From the NCBI RefSeq assembly GCF_036365525.1, contig NC_090395.1:65373326-65437325 (forward strand): 64,000 bases of DNA. The letters are read 5' to 3'. Origin of the DNA: Heterodontus francisci (taxonomy: Eukaryota). Every line of letters begins with the position of its first letter. Within the stretch, counting starts at the first letter, position 1. Shown here piece after piece: positions 1 through 11,530 of the stretch. Under the pieces are notes generated by a model. That model searched no databases and was not told the origin of the DNA. It worked only from the letters and a program-made list of their open reading frames with translations. The position numbers were made by a program, and so were the translations under genes.

Positions 1-1091
1 TGTTTGTAGTATATATAAATGATTTGGAGGAAAATGTAGCTATTCTGATTAGTAAGTTTGCAGACGACACAAAGGTTGGTGGAGTTACGGATAATGATGA
101 GGATTGTCAGAGGATACAGCAGGATATAGATCGGTTGGAGACTTGGACGGAGAAATGGCAGATGGAGTTTAATCCGGACAAATGTGAGGTAATGCATTTT
201 GGAAGGTCTAATGCAGGTGGGAGGTATGCAGTAAATGGCAGAACCCTTAGGAGTATTGACAGGCAGAGAGATCTGGGCGTACAGGTCCACAGGTCACTGA
301 AAGTGGCAACGCAGGTGGATAAGGTAGTCAAGAAGGCATACAGCATGCCTGCTTTCATCGGTCGGGGCATAGAGTATAAAAATTGGCAAGTCATGTTGCA
401 GCTGTACAGAACCTTAGTTAGACCACACTTAGAATATTGCGTGCAATTCTGGTCGCCACACTTCCAGAAGGACGTGGAGGCTTTAGAGAGGGTACAGAAG
501 AGGTTTACCAGGATGTTGCCTGGTCTGGAGGGCATTAGCTATGAGGAGAGGTTGGAAAAACGCGGATTGTTTTTCACTGGAACGACGGAGGTGGAGGGGC
601 GACATGATAGAGGTTTACAAAGTTATGAGCGGCATGGACAGAGTGGATAGTCAGAAGCTTTTTCCCAGGGTGGAAGAGTCAGTTACTAGGGGACATAGGT
701 TTAAGGTGTGAGGGGCAAAGTTTAGAGGGGATGTGCGAGGCAAGTTTTTTACACAGAGGGTAGTGAGTGCCTGGAACTTGCTGCCAGGGGAGGTGGTGGA
801 AGCAGATACGATAGCGACGTTTAAGAGACATCTTGACAAATACATAAATAGGAAGGGAATAACAAAGAACAGTACAGCACAGGAACAGGCCATTCGGCCC
901 TCCAAGCCTGCGCCGATCTTGATGCCTGCCGAAACTAACACCTTCTGCACTTTCGGGGCCCATATCCCTGTATTCCCTGGGATATGGGCCCCGGAAGTGC
1001 AGAAGGTTTTAGTTTAGGCAGGCATCAAGATCGGCGCAGGCTTGGTGGGCCGAATGGCCTGTTCCTGTGCTGTACTGTTCTTTGTTCTTTG
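1..1091 (+). mobile_element. CR1 3' portion (RT C-terminus and tail) containing an inverted copy of the 3' end
   Basis: ORF 24..650 with FADDTK...LEYCVQFW, a frameshift, and a CTTTGTT tail at ~1080-1091; 860-978 is a reverse-complement CR1 3' end. Confidence 0.93.
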
Positions 1092-2294
1092 ATAATGCAC
1101 CTGGACAACATCCAGGCGTGGTTGATGAGCAGCAAGTAACATTTGCATGACATAAAGACTATCTGCACCATGAAAAGGCCCAACCACCCCCACCAACAAC
1201 ACCCACCCCCCCAACCCCACCTCTTCCCTATTTCAGCAAAGCCATGTCTCCACCATCTACATCTTGGCACCACTGACTAGAAAGGAGCTACACCAGCCAT
1301 ATCAACACTGTGGATACAAGTGCAGGATGGAAGCTGTAAATGGAAAGTGTTCTGCAATGAGTGGCTCAACTCCTGACTTCCTTAAGAAGTCTGCATTATG
1401 TATAAGGCTCTAGTAAGATGGAATAACCATAAATTCCTTGGAAGGGTGCAGTTACAGTAACTCTCTGGGAGCTTCATACCAGCTGGAATAAAACAATCTG
1501 CTTGATTAATGCTCCTATCATTGAGTTCAATATTCATACCTTCCACCACCAGTGCACTGCGGTTGCAGCATGTACAATTTATAGCTTGCACTGTAACAAT
1601 TCACCGAAGTTAGTTGGACAGCAACTCACTGCCCTATAACATCTACCAGCAAGGTAATGGAAACACTGAGTCACACACCATCCTGACTTGAAAATATAAC
1701 CATTATTCCTTTATTGTCACTGACTCAATATCCTGGAATTTCCTACCTAACACCATTGTGGGAACACCACCATGAGGACTGCAAGATTCAAGGAAAGATG
1801 CCAGCACCACATTCTCAAGGGAACTACAGATGGGCAATGAATCCAAAATTGATGACATTGCCAGAAAAGTCATCATTGGAAAGAAGCCCTGTTCTTATTC
1901 CTGTGGTAAATATGGTGTTATTTTAGCTATAATGCAGCTATAATTTATGATGAGAATTGGATAATAGTCATTTCTGTTCTTGTGCTACTAAAACATGCAA
2001 TAAATTTCCAATTGCATTGTGTTTATTAATTGGTTAATGTACCTGGAATGATCACTAATTGATTGACATTACATGGGCCCTTAGTTTCGTTTATTTATTC
2101 AGTGTAATTAATTCATAGAACGAAAACGTTACTCAGGACTCAAAATATGCAGTTCCACTCCTCCACTGAAATAATGACCTCTCAGGTATGTGTTGACAGA
2201 ATGAATGGTGCCACGTCCCAGTATTTATCTAGCTGGGACACCCATTGGAGGGAGGTCTGGAAATTGTGGCGTTCTTGTCGAACTGCTGGAGTGG

Positions 2295-2480
2295 ATTTAT
2301 TTATTTATTTATTTATAGATACAGCACTGAAACAGGCCCTTCGGCCCATCGAGCCGACCAACAACCACCCATTTATACTAACCCTACAGTAATCCCATAT
2401 TCCCTACCACCTACCTACACTAGGGGCAATTTACAATGGCCAATTTACCTATCAACCTGCAAGTCTTTGGCTGTGGGAGG
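2295..2480 (-). mobile_element. V-SINE 3' half
   Basis: Reverse complement of the 3' half of 3249-3560. Confidence 0.8.
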
Positions 2481-3248
2481 ACAGCAGAAGAGCGAAGTAA
2501 AGGCTAAAGATTGGCCCCTTTCCCACGAAGGTCGCTTTCCCTTGCAGCAGCTGATCATTGTGGGATCCACTTCTGTGAGAAAATCTTCCTTTACCCAGCT
2601 GATGGTCCCCTTGCCATCCTTCAGAAAGAACAACCAATATGTTGAGAGTCCCAAAGGTAGGAAGTTGAGCAGGTGTATCCATCCTGCCAGTCACGTCCCC
2701 ATTGGTGATGCCCAATTTTGAAGGGGGTGGGGGGCGTGTGCACAAGAACTGCCCTACCTTAAACCTCTCCCCACAAACACCAGCACTGCTCTGATGGGGC
2801 AAAAACCAGATTAACAGGATCCTGCCCCAATTTCCAAATTCACCTGCTCTAGTAGCTTCCAAAGATGCTAGAAATATCGTGAATTTTGGAGCCATCAACT
2901 GGCGAGTACAAAAAAACCTCCACAGATTCAGCCTGAAAATGGCAAATCTAGCCGAGCCTTGGAAAGCAGAGAACGCAAAAATACACGTAAATATTTACAC
3001 TTAGCATGAGCTTACTTAGTGAACTCACAATAATCTCATCACGCAAATGTTTCACGGAAATATTACACGTGATGTGATGAATAAAGCTGGCAAAAAAGAC
3101 TGGAAATTAATTTTTGAATTACAGCAGGCAAATATTGAGTGCAATCATATAATCACATTAATGCACTTGTTAAAGCAATGGGCTGAGCATGTCATAACTT
3201 TTTAGTCATTAATATAGTATTGCTGTCATTTCTACATTAACAAATAAA

Positions 3249-3560
3249 TGAGTGGCGCAGTGGTTAGCACCGCAGCCTCACAGCTCCAGGGACCCGGGTT
3301 CGATTCTGGGTACTGCCTGTGCGGAGTTTGCAAGTTTTCCCTGTGAACGTGTGGGTTTTCGCTGGCTGCTCTGGTTTCTTCCCACAGCCAAAGACTTGCA
3401 GGTTGATAGATAAATTGGCCATTGTAAATTGCCCCTAGTGTAGGTAGGTGGTAGGAATATGGGATTACTATAGGGTTAGTATAAATGGGTGGTTGTTGGT
3501 TGGCACAGACTCGGTGGGCCGAAGGGCCTGTTTCAGTGCTGTATCTATAAATAAATAAAT
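3249..3560 (+). mobile_element. tRNA-derived V-SINE (HE1-like)
   Basis: A box TGGCGCAGTGG, B box GGTTCGATTC, CR1-like 3' end and TAAA-repeat tail. Confidence 0.85.
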
Positions 3561-3787
3561 CAATAATATGCGTACTATTCTCTGAATCTATTGAATATAA
3601 CAACACACCATCTTGCATTGTGAAAATCAAAGGTTATAAAAAGCTTTATGGGCACATACTTATAGACAAATATAACACTGCATGGGTCTGTCAAATACAA
3701 GTCGTAGTTTTTGCAAACACCTGAAGAGAAAGGTAACAAAGTAATTTCTCTCCATCTGGACTTGGATCATTCTATTTTCTTCCTTAC

Positions 3788-3836
3788 CTGATAACGAAAC
3801 AGCGATGAGCATAATTGTAAATTCAATGTTTTTCAT
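3788..3836 (-). CDS. Gene C exon 1, signal peptide (MKNIEFTIMLIAVSLS) of a third paralogue continuing beyond the left edge
   Basis: 49 nt, ATG...TTA TCA G|GTAAGG; same ending, phase and orientation as the gene A and B leaders; no V exon seen in 1-3787. Confidence 0.7.
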
Positions 3837-3897
3837 GTTTAAAACGATCCAGCCAATATTGCAGACAGAATGTCACTTTGTGCAGTCTGGTTTTATT

Positions 3898-3980
3898 CGG
3901 AAACTGTGGTCTCCTTCCTATCTGTTAGATAGAAATCACGGACTTAGTAATAATGAAATGTTTGCCATCAGTTACGCAAA
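3898..3980 (-). promoter_or_regulatory. Putative gene C promoter with ETS, RUNX and C/EBP-like sites
   Basis: CGGAAA 3898-3903, TGTGGT 3905-3910, TTACGCAA 3972-3979; motif match only. Confidence 0.3.
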
Positions 3981-4442
3981 GGCTATTGCGAGGTTATCTG
4001 TTATCCAATGTCACTCCCTGTTTTTAGTGGTTTGAAACTTTGTCATATCAGGTGATATTCTAATATTCACTCATTTACATTTCTTGCCCATGTTGCATAG
4101 ATCCAATCACAACTAAAGTTGTCCTCAGTCTACACATTGTATCAGAATCACTGTTACATATATTAAATACTAAACAGACTGGACTACATTCTGTGACAAG
4201 AACAGTATTTGAAATATTATGTTTTTAAGAAACTTGGCTGGCTTGGGTTACTGACATATTTGGAGGATGAGCAGGCAGATAACACGTGCTTTGTTCATGA
4301 ATATCTGTAAAAAATTAAGCGATTAAATATGTTTGCAGATTCCTTGGGTTTTTCAGCTAGTTGGGTAACAGGGTAACACTCCCAAGTTCCAGCTCCACCC
4401 CTGGATTTCTATAGCAGTATCGGGAATAGATTAGTGCTGTGT

Positions 4443-4985
4443 CAGCTGTAGTTCAGTTGGTAGCACCTCTGAGTCAGAAGGTTATGAGTTTAATCCCCAT
4501 TCCAGAGGCTAGGCTGAAGCTTCAGTGCAGTACTGAGGGGATGCTGCACTGTCAAAGGTGCCATCTTTTGACTGAGATGTTAAAGCAAGGCTCTGTTTTT
4601 CCCTTTGTAAAAGATCCCACAACACTATTCGATGAAGAGCAGGTGAGTTGTTCCAGTGTCCTGGCCAACATTTATCCCTCATCCAACATCACTAAAACGG
4701 ATGAGCTAATTGAAAGCTTCTGATGAAAAGTATTAACCTGAAGTTATAACTCGGTTTCTCTCTCCACAGATGCCGCCTGATTTGCTGAATATTTCCAGCA
4801 TTTTCAGTTTTTTAAACAGATTATCTGGTCATTATCTCATTGCTGTTTGTGGGAGCTTGCTGTGCATGAGTTGGCTGCTGCGTTTCCTACGTTACAAAAG
4901 TGACTTCACTTCAAAAGTACTTCATTGGTTGTAAAGCACTTTGGGAAGTCCTGAGGTTGTGAGAGGCACTAAATAAATGCAAGTT
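4443..4985 (+). mobile_element. tRNA-derived Deu-type SINE (SacSINE1-like) with L2-like tail, interrupted by a Penelope fragment
   Basis: tRNA head, CAGTGCAGTACTGAGGG body, TAAATGCAAG tail; family name from recall. Confidence 0.75.
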
Positions 4986-5825
4986 TTCCCTTTTTTTCCC
5001 ATGAAATAGAAAGAACTTCTGGTATGCTTACGTTTCCTCACCTGTCTGGGCTTCAGTGTTCCAGGTAGAAACCCTCTTTTGACACAAAGGAATGTTGTTT
5101 CCCTTGCTCTGTAGGGGAACACTCTTGGATGCCTCTCAGGAAAGGTCCTGCAGCTGGAACTTCCTCCAGGAAGTCAAAACTGGAGATTATCTGTTCACCA
5201 AGCATCTTCATCCATTTAATAAAGAGCTCTAACAAGTTTTTCTGAAGATGAGCTGGGATTCCTGATATTTGTATCCAGAAAAACCTACGAAGAATTACTC
5301 CCTCAGCACTTTTTTCAAAGTACCCATAGCTAACTTGACTATCATTAGTCTGAAGTCTGATCTGCAGGAATGCACAAAGCCTATTTATGTAGAAATTGTG
5401 TTAGCAAATAATATTGATCAGCAACCTAGATGTTGTCAACACATATTTGACACTAGTGACTGACGGGTGCTCACTCAGATCCAAGGACATCAGAAGATGC
5501 TATTAGTGGGCCTTACACCGTGATACTCGCTGACATCACAGGATCTGATGGGAACAGGCAGCAAGGCAAGGGAGGGAGAAAAGATAAATATTTCTCTTGC
5601 AGCCCCAACAGATCATTGTACCCAGAGGAATTCGGGCTCCTGATCTCCAATGGCAGATTACTTCCCATATTATGTGAAAAAGACAACTGGGCTAATTTGC
5701 CAAGTCTGCACCTGAGTTTCAGATCTGTGCTGTTGTTAGCAAGGGGTCATACCAGCAGCACTAACTACCTTTGTCTTATGACTGCAGTTTACATAATTTG
5801 TTGAATGAATGTGTTTTTAAAATTT

Positions 5826-6135
5826 GTTTATGGGATCTGAGCATCGCTGGCAAGGCCAGCATTTTTTGCGCATCCTTAATTGCCCTTGAGAAGGTGGTGG
5901 TGAGCTGCTTTCTTGAACCGCTGCAGTCCTTGGGGTGTAGGTACACCAACAGTGCTGTTGGGAAGGAAGTTCCAGGATCTTGACCCAGCGATAGTGAAGG
6001 TACGGGGATATATTTCCAAGTCAGGATAGTGTGTGACATGGAGGGGAACTTGCAGGTGTTGGTGTTCCCATGCGTCTGCTGCTCTTGGTCTTCTACGTGG
6101 TACAGGCCTTGAGTTTGGAAGGTACTGTTGAAAGG
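5826..6135 (-). mobile_element. LINE 3' fragment, same family as 10180-10730
   Basis: ORF 5876..6151 ending FKKAAHHHLLKGN. Confidence 0.75.
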
Positions 6136-7244
6136 TAAAACTAAAAGCCACATACTCAAACCAAGTGTTTGTAAAGTTTTAATATCATTGTGGAAGAAAA
6201 GAAAGTATAATAATTTTAACATGTCATCATACACAGATGATAAAGTAACAGGTATCTGGGGGTTAACAATCCTTCACATGCTGCAAAGTTAGATTTATAA
6301 AGTTGTGAGTTAGTGTGCCATTAGTACCTCAGTAAATACATCAGCTAAGTTGTTGATGTATTGCTAATTATGTTGTATTTAGTTATCATTCTTCGAAAGA
6401 CATTTCTAAACGTATTCCTTTGAATTCAGGTATAGTTCTGCTTCAAGATTGATAAAACAAATAGGATTTCAAACTTCTATTTGAACAATTGCAGTCTTTA
6501 GTTTTGTTTATGTACCTGGGAACAAATACTCATTACTTTAAAACAGTTTATAACACAATTCATTATCTCCCATAACATAAAACACATTCTATCACATTTC
6601 ATGTCATCCTCCTATTTACCCATTGCGTTAAACTGATCAGATTCAATGATGAAGAATATTTGTCACCTTAGGATTCCTTCGTAATAAATTATGAATATTC
6701 AGTTCATTCACAGCCTCTGGTTGATTGTGTATTTGACACTTATACATGTTTCTTTTTCATAATACAACAGTCACGTGAAAGATTTGATGTAATACAGGTT
6801 AACTGTACAGCTCAGTAATTATTGATCAGCTAGGCAAAGGATATAGACTAAGACTACAATATAAATTAAAAGAAGAACCATTCTATTTGACTCTACTTAG
6901 TAGTGATTTAATTAGCTATTTACATAGATGCCGATTGGCTGTGGGCTATCATATGTTGGCACACTCCAAAGGAATCAATTGGCGACCTCATGTCAATCAT
7001 ATTGGGCTAGATTTTGGGGTCAGTTACGAAATAATGGTGCTCACTGTTGACCTCGAAGAAAGCTGCCCTCAAAGTGCTACTGATCTCTGTGGCCTGAACA
7101 TCCCCTTTCCCGATGGCAGTTTAAATATGGCACCAAGTCAAGGGGATCGCCAAGTTTGCAGCAGCAGTGATGTCAGCAAGCAGGGTAAGCAGCCAATCAC
7201 ATTGACGTATTCTCACAAACCAGGAAGTGGTTCAATAAAGGGTG

Positions 7245-8632
7245 TAAGGACAAGCCCAGCAATTACAGGCCAGTCAGTTTAACGTCGGTGATGGGAAAGC
7301 TTTTAGAAATGATAGTTGAGGACAAAATTAATAGTCACTTGGACAAATGTGGATTAGTTAAGAAAAACCAGTATAGATTTGTCCAAGGCAAATTGAGTTT
7401 AACTAACTGGCTTGAGTTCTTTGATGAGATAACAAAGGATTGAGAAGGGTAATGTAGAGTACATGGACTTCCAAAAGGCATTTGATAAAGTTTCATATAA
7501 ACAGGCTTGTCAGCAAAGTTAGAGCCCATGGAATAAATGGGACAGGAGCAGCATGGATATGAAATTGGCTGCATGACAGGAAACAGAGAGTAGTTGTGAA
7601 CAGTTGTTTTTTGGACTGGAGGAAGGTATATAGTGGGGTTCCCCAGGGTTCAGTGTTGGGACCCCTAGTTTTCTTGATATATATTAATGGCATAGATGTG
7701 GGTGTACAGGGCACAATTTCAAAATTTGCAGATGACACAAAACTTGGAAGTATTGTGAACTGTGAAGAGGATAGCGATAAATTTCAAGAGAACACAGACA
7801 GGCTGATGGATCAGGCGGACAAGTGGCAGATGAAATTAATGCACAAAAATGTAAAGTGATTCATTTTGGTAGGAAGAATGAGAAGTGGCAATATAAATAA
7901 AGGGTACAATTTTAAAGTGGGTGCAGGAGCAGAGGGACCTGATACGTACACAAATCATTGAAGGTTGCAGGGCAGATTGAGAAAGTGGTTAATAAAGCAT
8001 ATGGGATCCTGGTCTTTATAAATAAGGGCATAGAGTAGAAATACAAGGAAGTTCTGATAACCTATATAAAACATTGGTTTTCCCACAACTGGAGTATTGT
8101 GTCCAATTCTGGGCACCACAACTTTGGACAGATGTGAAGACATTAGAGAGGGTGCAAAAAGATTCATGTGAATGGGACCAGAGATGAGTAACTTCAGTAA
8201 TGTGGATAGCTTGGAGAAGCTGGGGTCTGTTCTCCTTGGAGAAAAGAAAATTAAGAGGAGATTTGTTAGAGGTGTTCGAAATGATGAGGGGTCTGGACAG
8301 AGTAGATAAGGAGAAACTATTCCCATTGGTAGAAGGATCCAGAACCAGAGGACACTGATTTAGGGTGATTGGTAAATAAAGCAACAGCGAAATGAGGAAA
8401 AACATTTTTACACGGCGAGTTGACAGGATCTGGAATGCACTGCCTGAGAGTATAGTGGAGGCAGATTCAACCAAGGCTTTCAAAAGAGAATTGGATAATT
8501 ATCTGAAGGGAAAAGATTTGCAGGGATTTGGGAAAAGGTGGGGGATTGGGACCAGGTAGGTTGCTCTAGCAGAGAGCCAGCATGGACACAATGGGCTGAA
8601 TGGCCTCCTTCTGTGTTGTTACCATTCTATGA
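7245..8632 (+). mobile_element. Decayed CR1 (RT to 3' end)
   Basis: GVPQGSVLGP and FADDTK in ORF 7596..7859; many stops. Confidence 0.88.
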
Positions 8633-9818
8633 TTTGACGAGCCTCCTCCTGCTCTGTTTACTTCATCTCAACCTATCAGCATATCCTACTATTCCTTTCT
8701 ACCTCATGTATTTATCTAGCTTCCCTTTAAAGGCACCCATGCTATTCGCCTTAACCATTCCATCAGATAGCAAGTTCTATGTTCTCACCATCCTCGAAGT
8801 AATGGCCCAGAATAGTCAAAAATTGGTGCATAAAATATTCAAGATTTTCTTTTCCCATAAAGATGCGAATTTACAGCACAAATTGAGCAAACATTTACAG
8901 GACAAATAAACATTAATATGTTTGAAATAAAGTTTTTCAGAATGGAAATTGCTGTGGTGTGGCAAGGACATTGAAACTGAGCATTGACAGAGTGTTGCAG
9001 GGGGGTTTATTTTACATTAAGAATCATCATAAGTGCTAAATGGGGTTTCAGCTGCAGTTACAGGAAATGGAGACTCTCCGAGGAAACTCATTCCTTGTCT
9101 TTTTTTAAATAATTGGTGAAATTTCCAATTGAACTAATCTAGAGTAGTGTTAACACCACTCATTCCCAATTGCAACGATCTAGAGTAGTGTTAACACCTC
9201 TCCTAGTTATATATTTTTATTGAATGGAACAAGCATCTGCACCCATTGATTTTCCAGCATTGCTGAGCACAAGTTGGTGATAGCTTCATCATGTTAAATA
9301 AACCCCAGTACCCTGAGCACCTTCAGTATAGAACATAACCTAGAGAACAGGACTCCAATTGTAGTAAGCCATCAGCATTAAATAAAAATAGGCACACCAA
9401 CAGTAATTGCAATGATGGGAAGCAAGAAAACATTCTAGAGAACAACACTGTTTAACAGCAGTGATTCTCTATGAATCATTGCAGAAACAATTTTTGCCAC
9501 TTTACAGCAATGTTCTTCAAACTAAATTGTTAAAAATTTCAAAGATCAATTAAATATTATTTTGCCTACACATAGTGAATAGTCAGGAAGAAATTACAGC
9601 AGTGTATATTGTCCCGTGTTAATCTGATGCAGTATGTGTCCGGGTGACACAGCCACAGTAGATGAACAGGTCCATAAAAGTACAGGACTGTCCATCAACG
9701 TCTGTGGTTCGCCCATCCATCCATCCTTTGCTAATGAGCAGGATACTTTCTATTTTTCTGTTTTCTCCCAGTTTTGAATATTGTCTGGAATTTTGCCAGA
9801 ATGAGGGTGACTGTCCAG

Positions 9819-9928
9819 CAACATTCCCTCTAATTTTTCTTTATTGTGTGCGGCCTATTTGTTGCACTGCGCAGTCCCTTTAAGATTGCCGCATGGCCAC
9901 GCACCAGTGCAGCTTAGAGGGAACATTG
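9819..9928. mobile_element. Small hAT-type MITE, 110 bp
   Basis: TIR CAACATTCCCTCTAA/TTAGAGGGAACATTG, degenerate 8-bp TSD (CTGTCCAG/CTGCTTAG); related relic at ~16305-16467. Confidence 0.7.
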
Positions 9929-10179
9929 CTGCTTAGGTAAGCAGGCTGTCAGTGATGCTGACTGTGATGTCACAGGCTATAGGTACTTAGGAACAGGAGT
10001 AGGTCATTCAGCCCCTTGAGTCTGCTTCCCCATTCAATTAGATCATGGCTGAGCCGTGTCTTAACTCCATCTACCCACCTTGGTTCCCCTTAATACCTTT
10101 GATAAAGCATTATAAGGAAATATACCATTGTAATTCTGTATGAAACACAATTGTTGCCATTTCACAACAATGTTTTGTT

Positions 10180-10730
10180 TTATTCATTCATGGGATGTGG
10201 GCGTCGCTGGACAGGCCAGCATTTATTGCCCATCCCTAATTACTCTTGAGAAGGTGGTGGTGAGCTGCCTTCTTGAATCGCTGCAGTCTATGTGGTGTAG
10301 GTACACCCACAGTGCTGTTAGGAAGGGAGTTCCAGGATTTTGATCCAGTGGCAGTGAAGGAATGGCAATATAGTTCCAAGTGAGGATGGTGTATGACTTG
10401 GAGGGGAACCTGCAGGTGCTGGTGTTCCGTGCATCTGCTGCCCTTGTCCTTCTAGGTGGTAGAGGTCGCGGGTTTGGAAGGTGCTGCCTAAGGAGCCTTG
10501 GTGCGTTGCTGCAGTGCATCTTGTAGATAGTACACACTGCTGCCACTGTGCGTCGGTGGCGGAGGGAGTGAATGTTTGTGGATGGGCTGCCAGTCAAGTG
10601 GGCCGCTTTGTCCTGATGGTGTTGAGCTTCTTGAGTGTTGGAGCTGCATCCATCCAGGCAAGTGGAGAGTATTCCATCACACTCCTGACTTGTGCCTTGT
10701 AGATGGTGGACAGGCTTTGGGGAGGTGCGG
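10180..10730 (-). mobile_element. LINE 3' fragment (CR1/L2 group; C-terminus SWNSLP...FKKAAHHHLLKGN in sister copies)
   Basis: Similar copies at 5826-6135 (-), 28706-29075 (-) and a degenerate one at 1092-1860 (+). Confidence 0.75.
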
Positions 10731-11338
10731 CCAGTAACTCATCTCCTGACTCCCCAAAGCCTGTAGTATCTCGCTTTTGAATGTCTCCTGCTGGTTTGTA
10801 GATGGTGGAGTATTATTTTCCCTACACATGGTGAATAGTCAGGATAAATTATAGTTGGGTAATAACTCTTTATACCTTTCCTTAACAAAAATCTATCAAT
10901 TTCAGTTTTGAAATTTTCAATTATTCCTCCCCGCCTCCCGCCACCCTGAACCTCAACAGCTTTTTGGGGGCAAGAGTTCCAGATTTACACCAGCCTTTGT
11001 TTAAAGAAATGATTCCTGACATCATCCCTAAACTGTCTAGCTTAATTTAAAGTTTGCTTCCTTGCTCCGGAATCCACCCCTATCAGAGAAAATAGGGTAG
11101 ATAGAGAGAAACTATCAGCTTCAAAGGACACCTGAAGGCAAAGGTCCCGAGGATTCATGCTACTGGCAAATATTGGAAAAAAGTGGGCATGCTGCCTGAG
11201 AATTTTCCAATATGCACCAGCTGCATGTGAGATAGAAAATTATACGTATAATGTAATGGAATAATTTACAATTTACAGGAATCTCGTTCTTCAAAAAGTG
11301 GGTCAAAAGTAACTTGCAGACGTCATGTTGGAAAAAAA

Positions 11339-11530
11339 TTACTTTTTGAATACAACTGTAGAATACTCTGTTGGTTCTGAAGCAGGAGGCGTGGTAACCG
11401 ATGGCTTGATTTTTTCCTGACTGTTGGAAGGTTTCACATTATCGGAAGTAGCGGAGTCCTCCTGAGCGTGATCGCTGGGCTGAATTGTCACAGTGGCATA
11501 GGTAACTCCTTCTTCCAACTCTCTGGACAG
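11339..11530 (-). CDS. Gene B exon 6, cytoplasmic ITIM and ITSM
   Basis: CTCTTTATCTTCAG|LSRELEEGVTYATVTIQ...ASEPTEYSTVVFKK*; VxYxxV is an ITIM and TxYxxV is an ITSM. Confidence 0.92.
   Translation of the reverse strand: MSRELEEGVTYATVTIQPSDHAQEDSATSDNVKPSNSQEKIKPSVTTPPASEPTEYSTVVFKK

Noticed and set aside
3249-3320. tRNA-like sequence with A and B boxes
   Set aside because: It is the head of a multi-copy SINE, not a tRNA gene; the same applies to the other SINE heads
9341-9434. Minus-strand hydrophobic frame MFSCFPSLQLLLVCLFLFNADG..., resembling a leader or TM exon
   Set aside because: T-rich sequence reads hydrophobic in several frames, the donor (GTTATG) is weak, there is no similarity to the three leaders, and no partner exon was found
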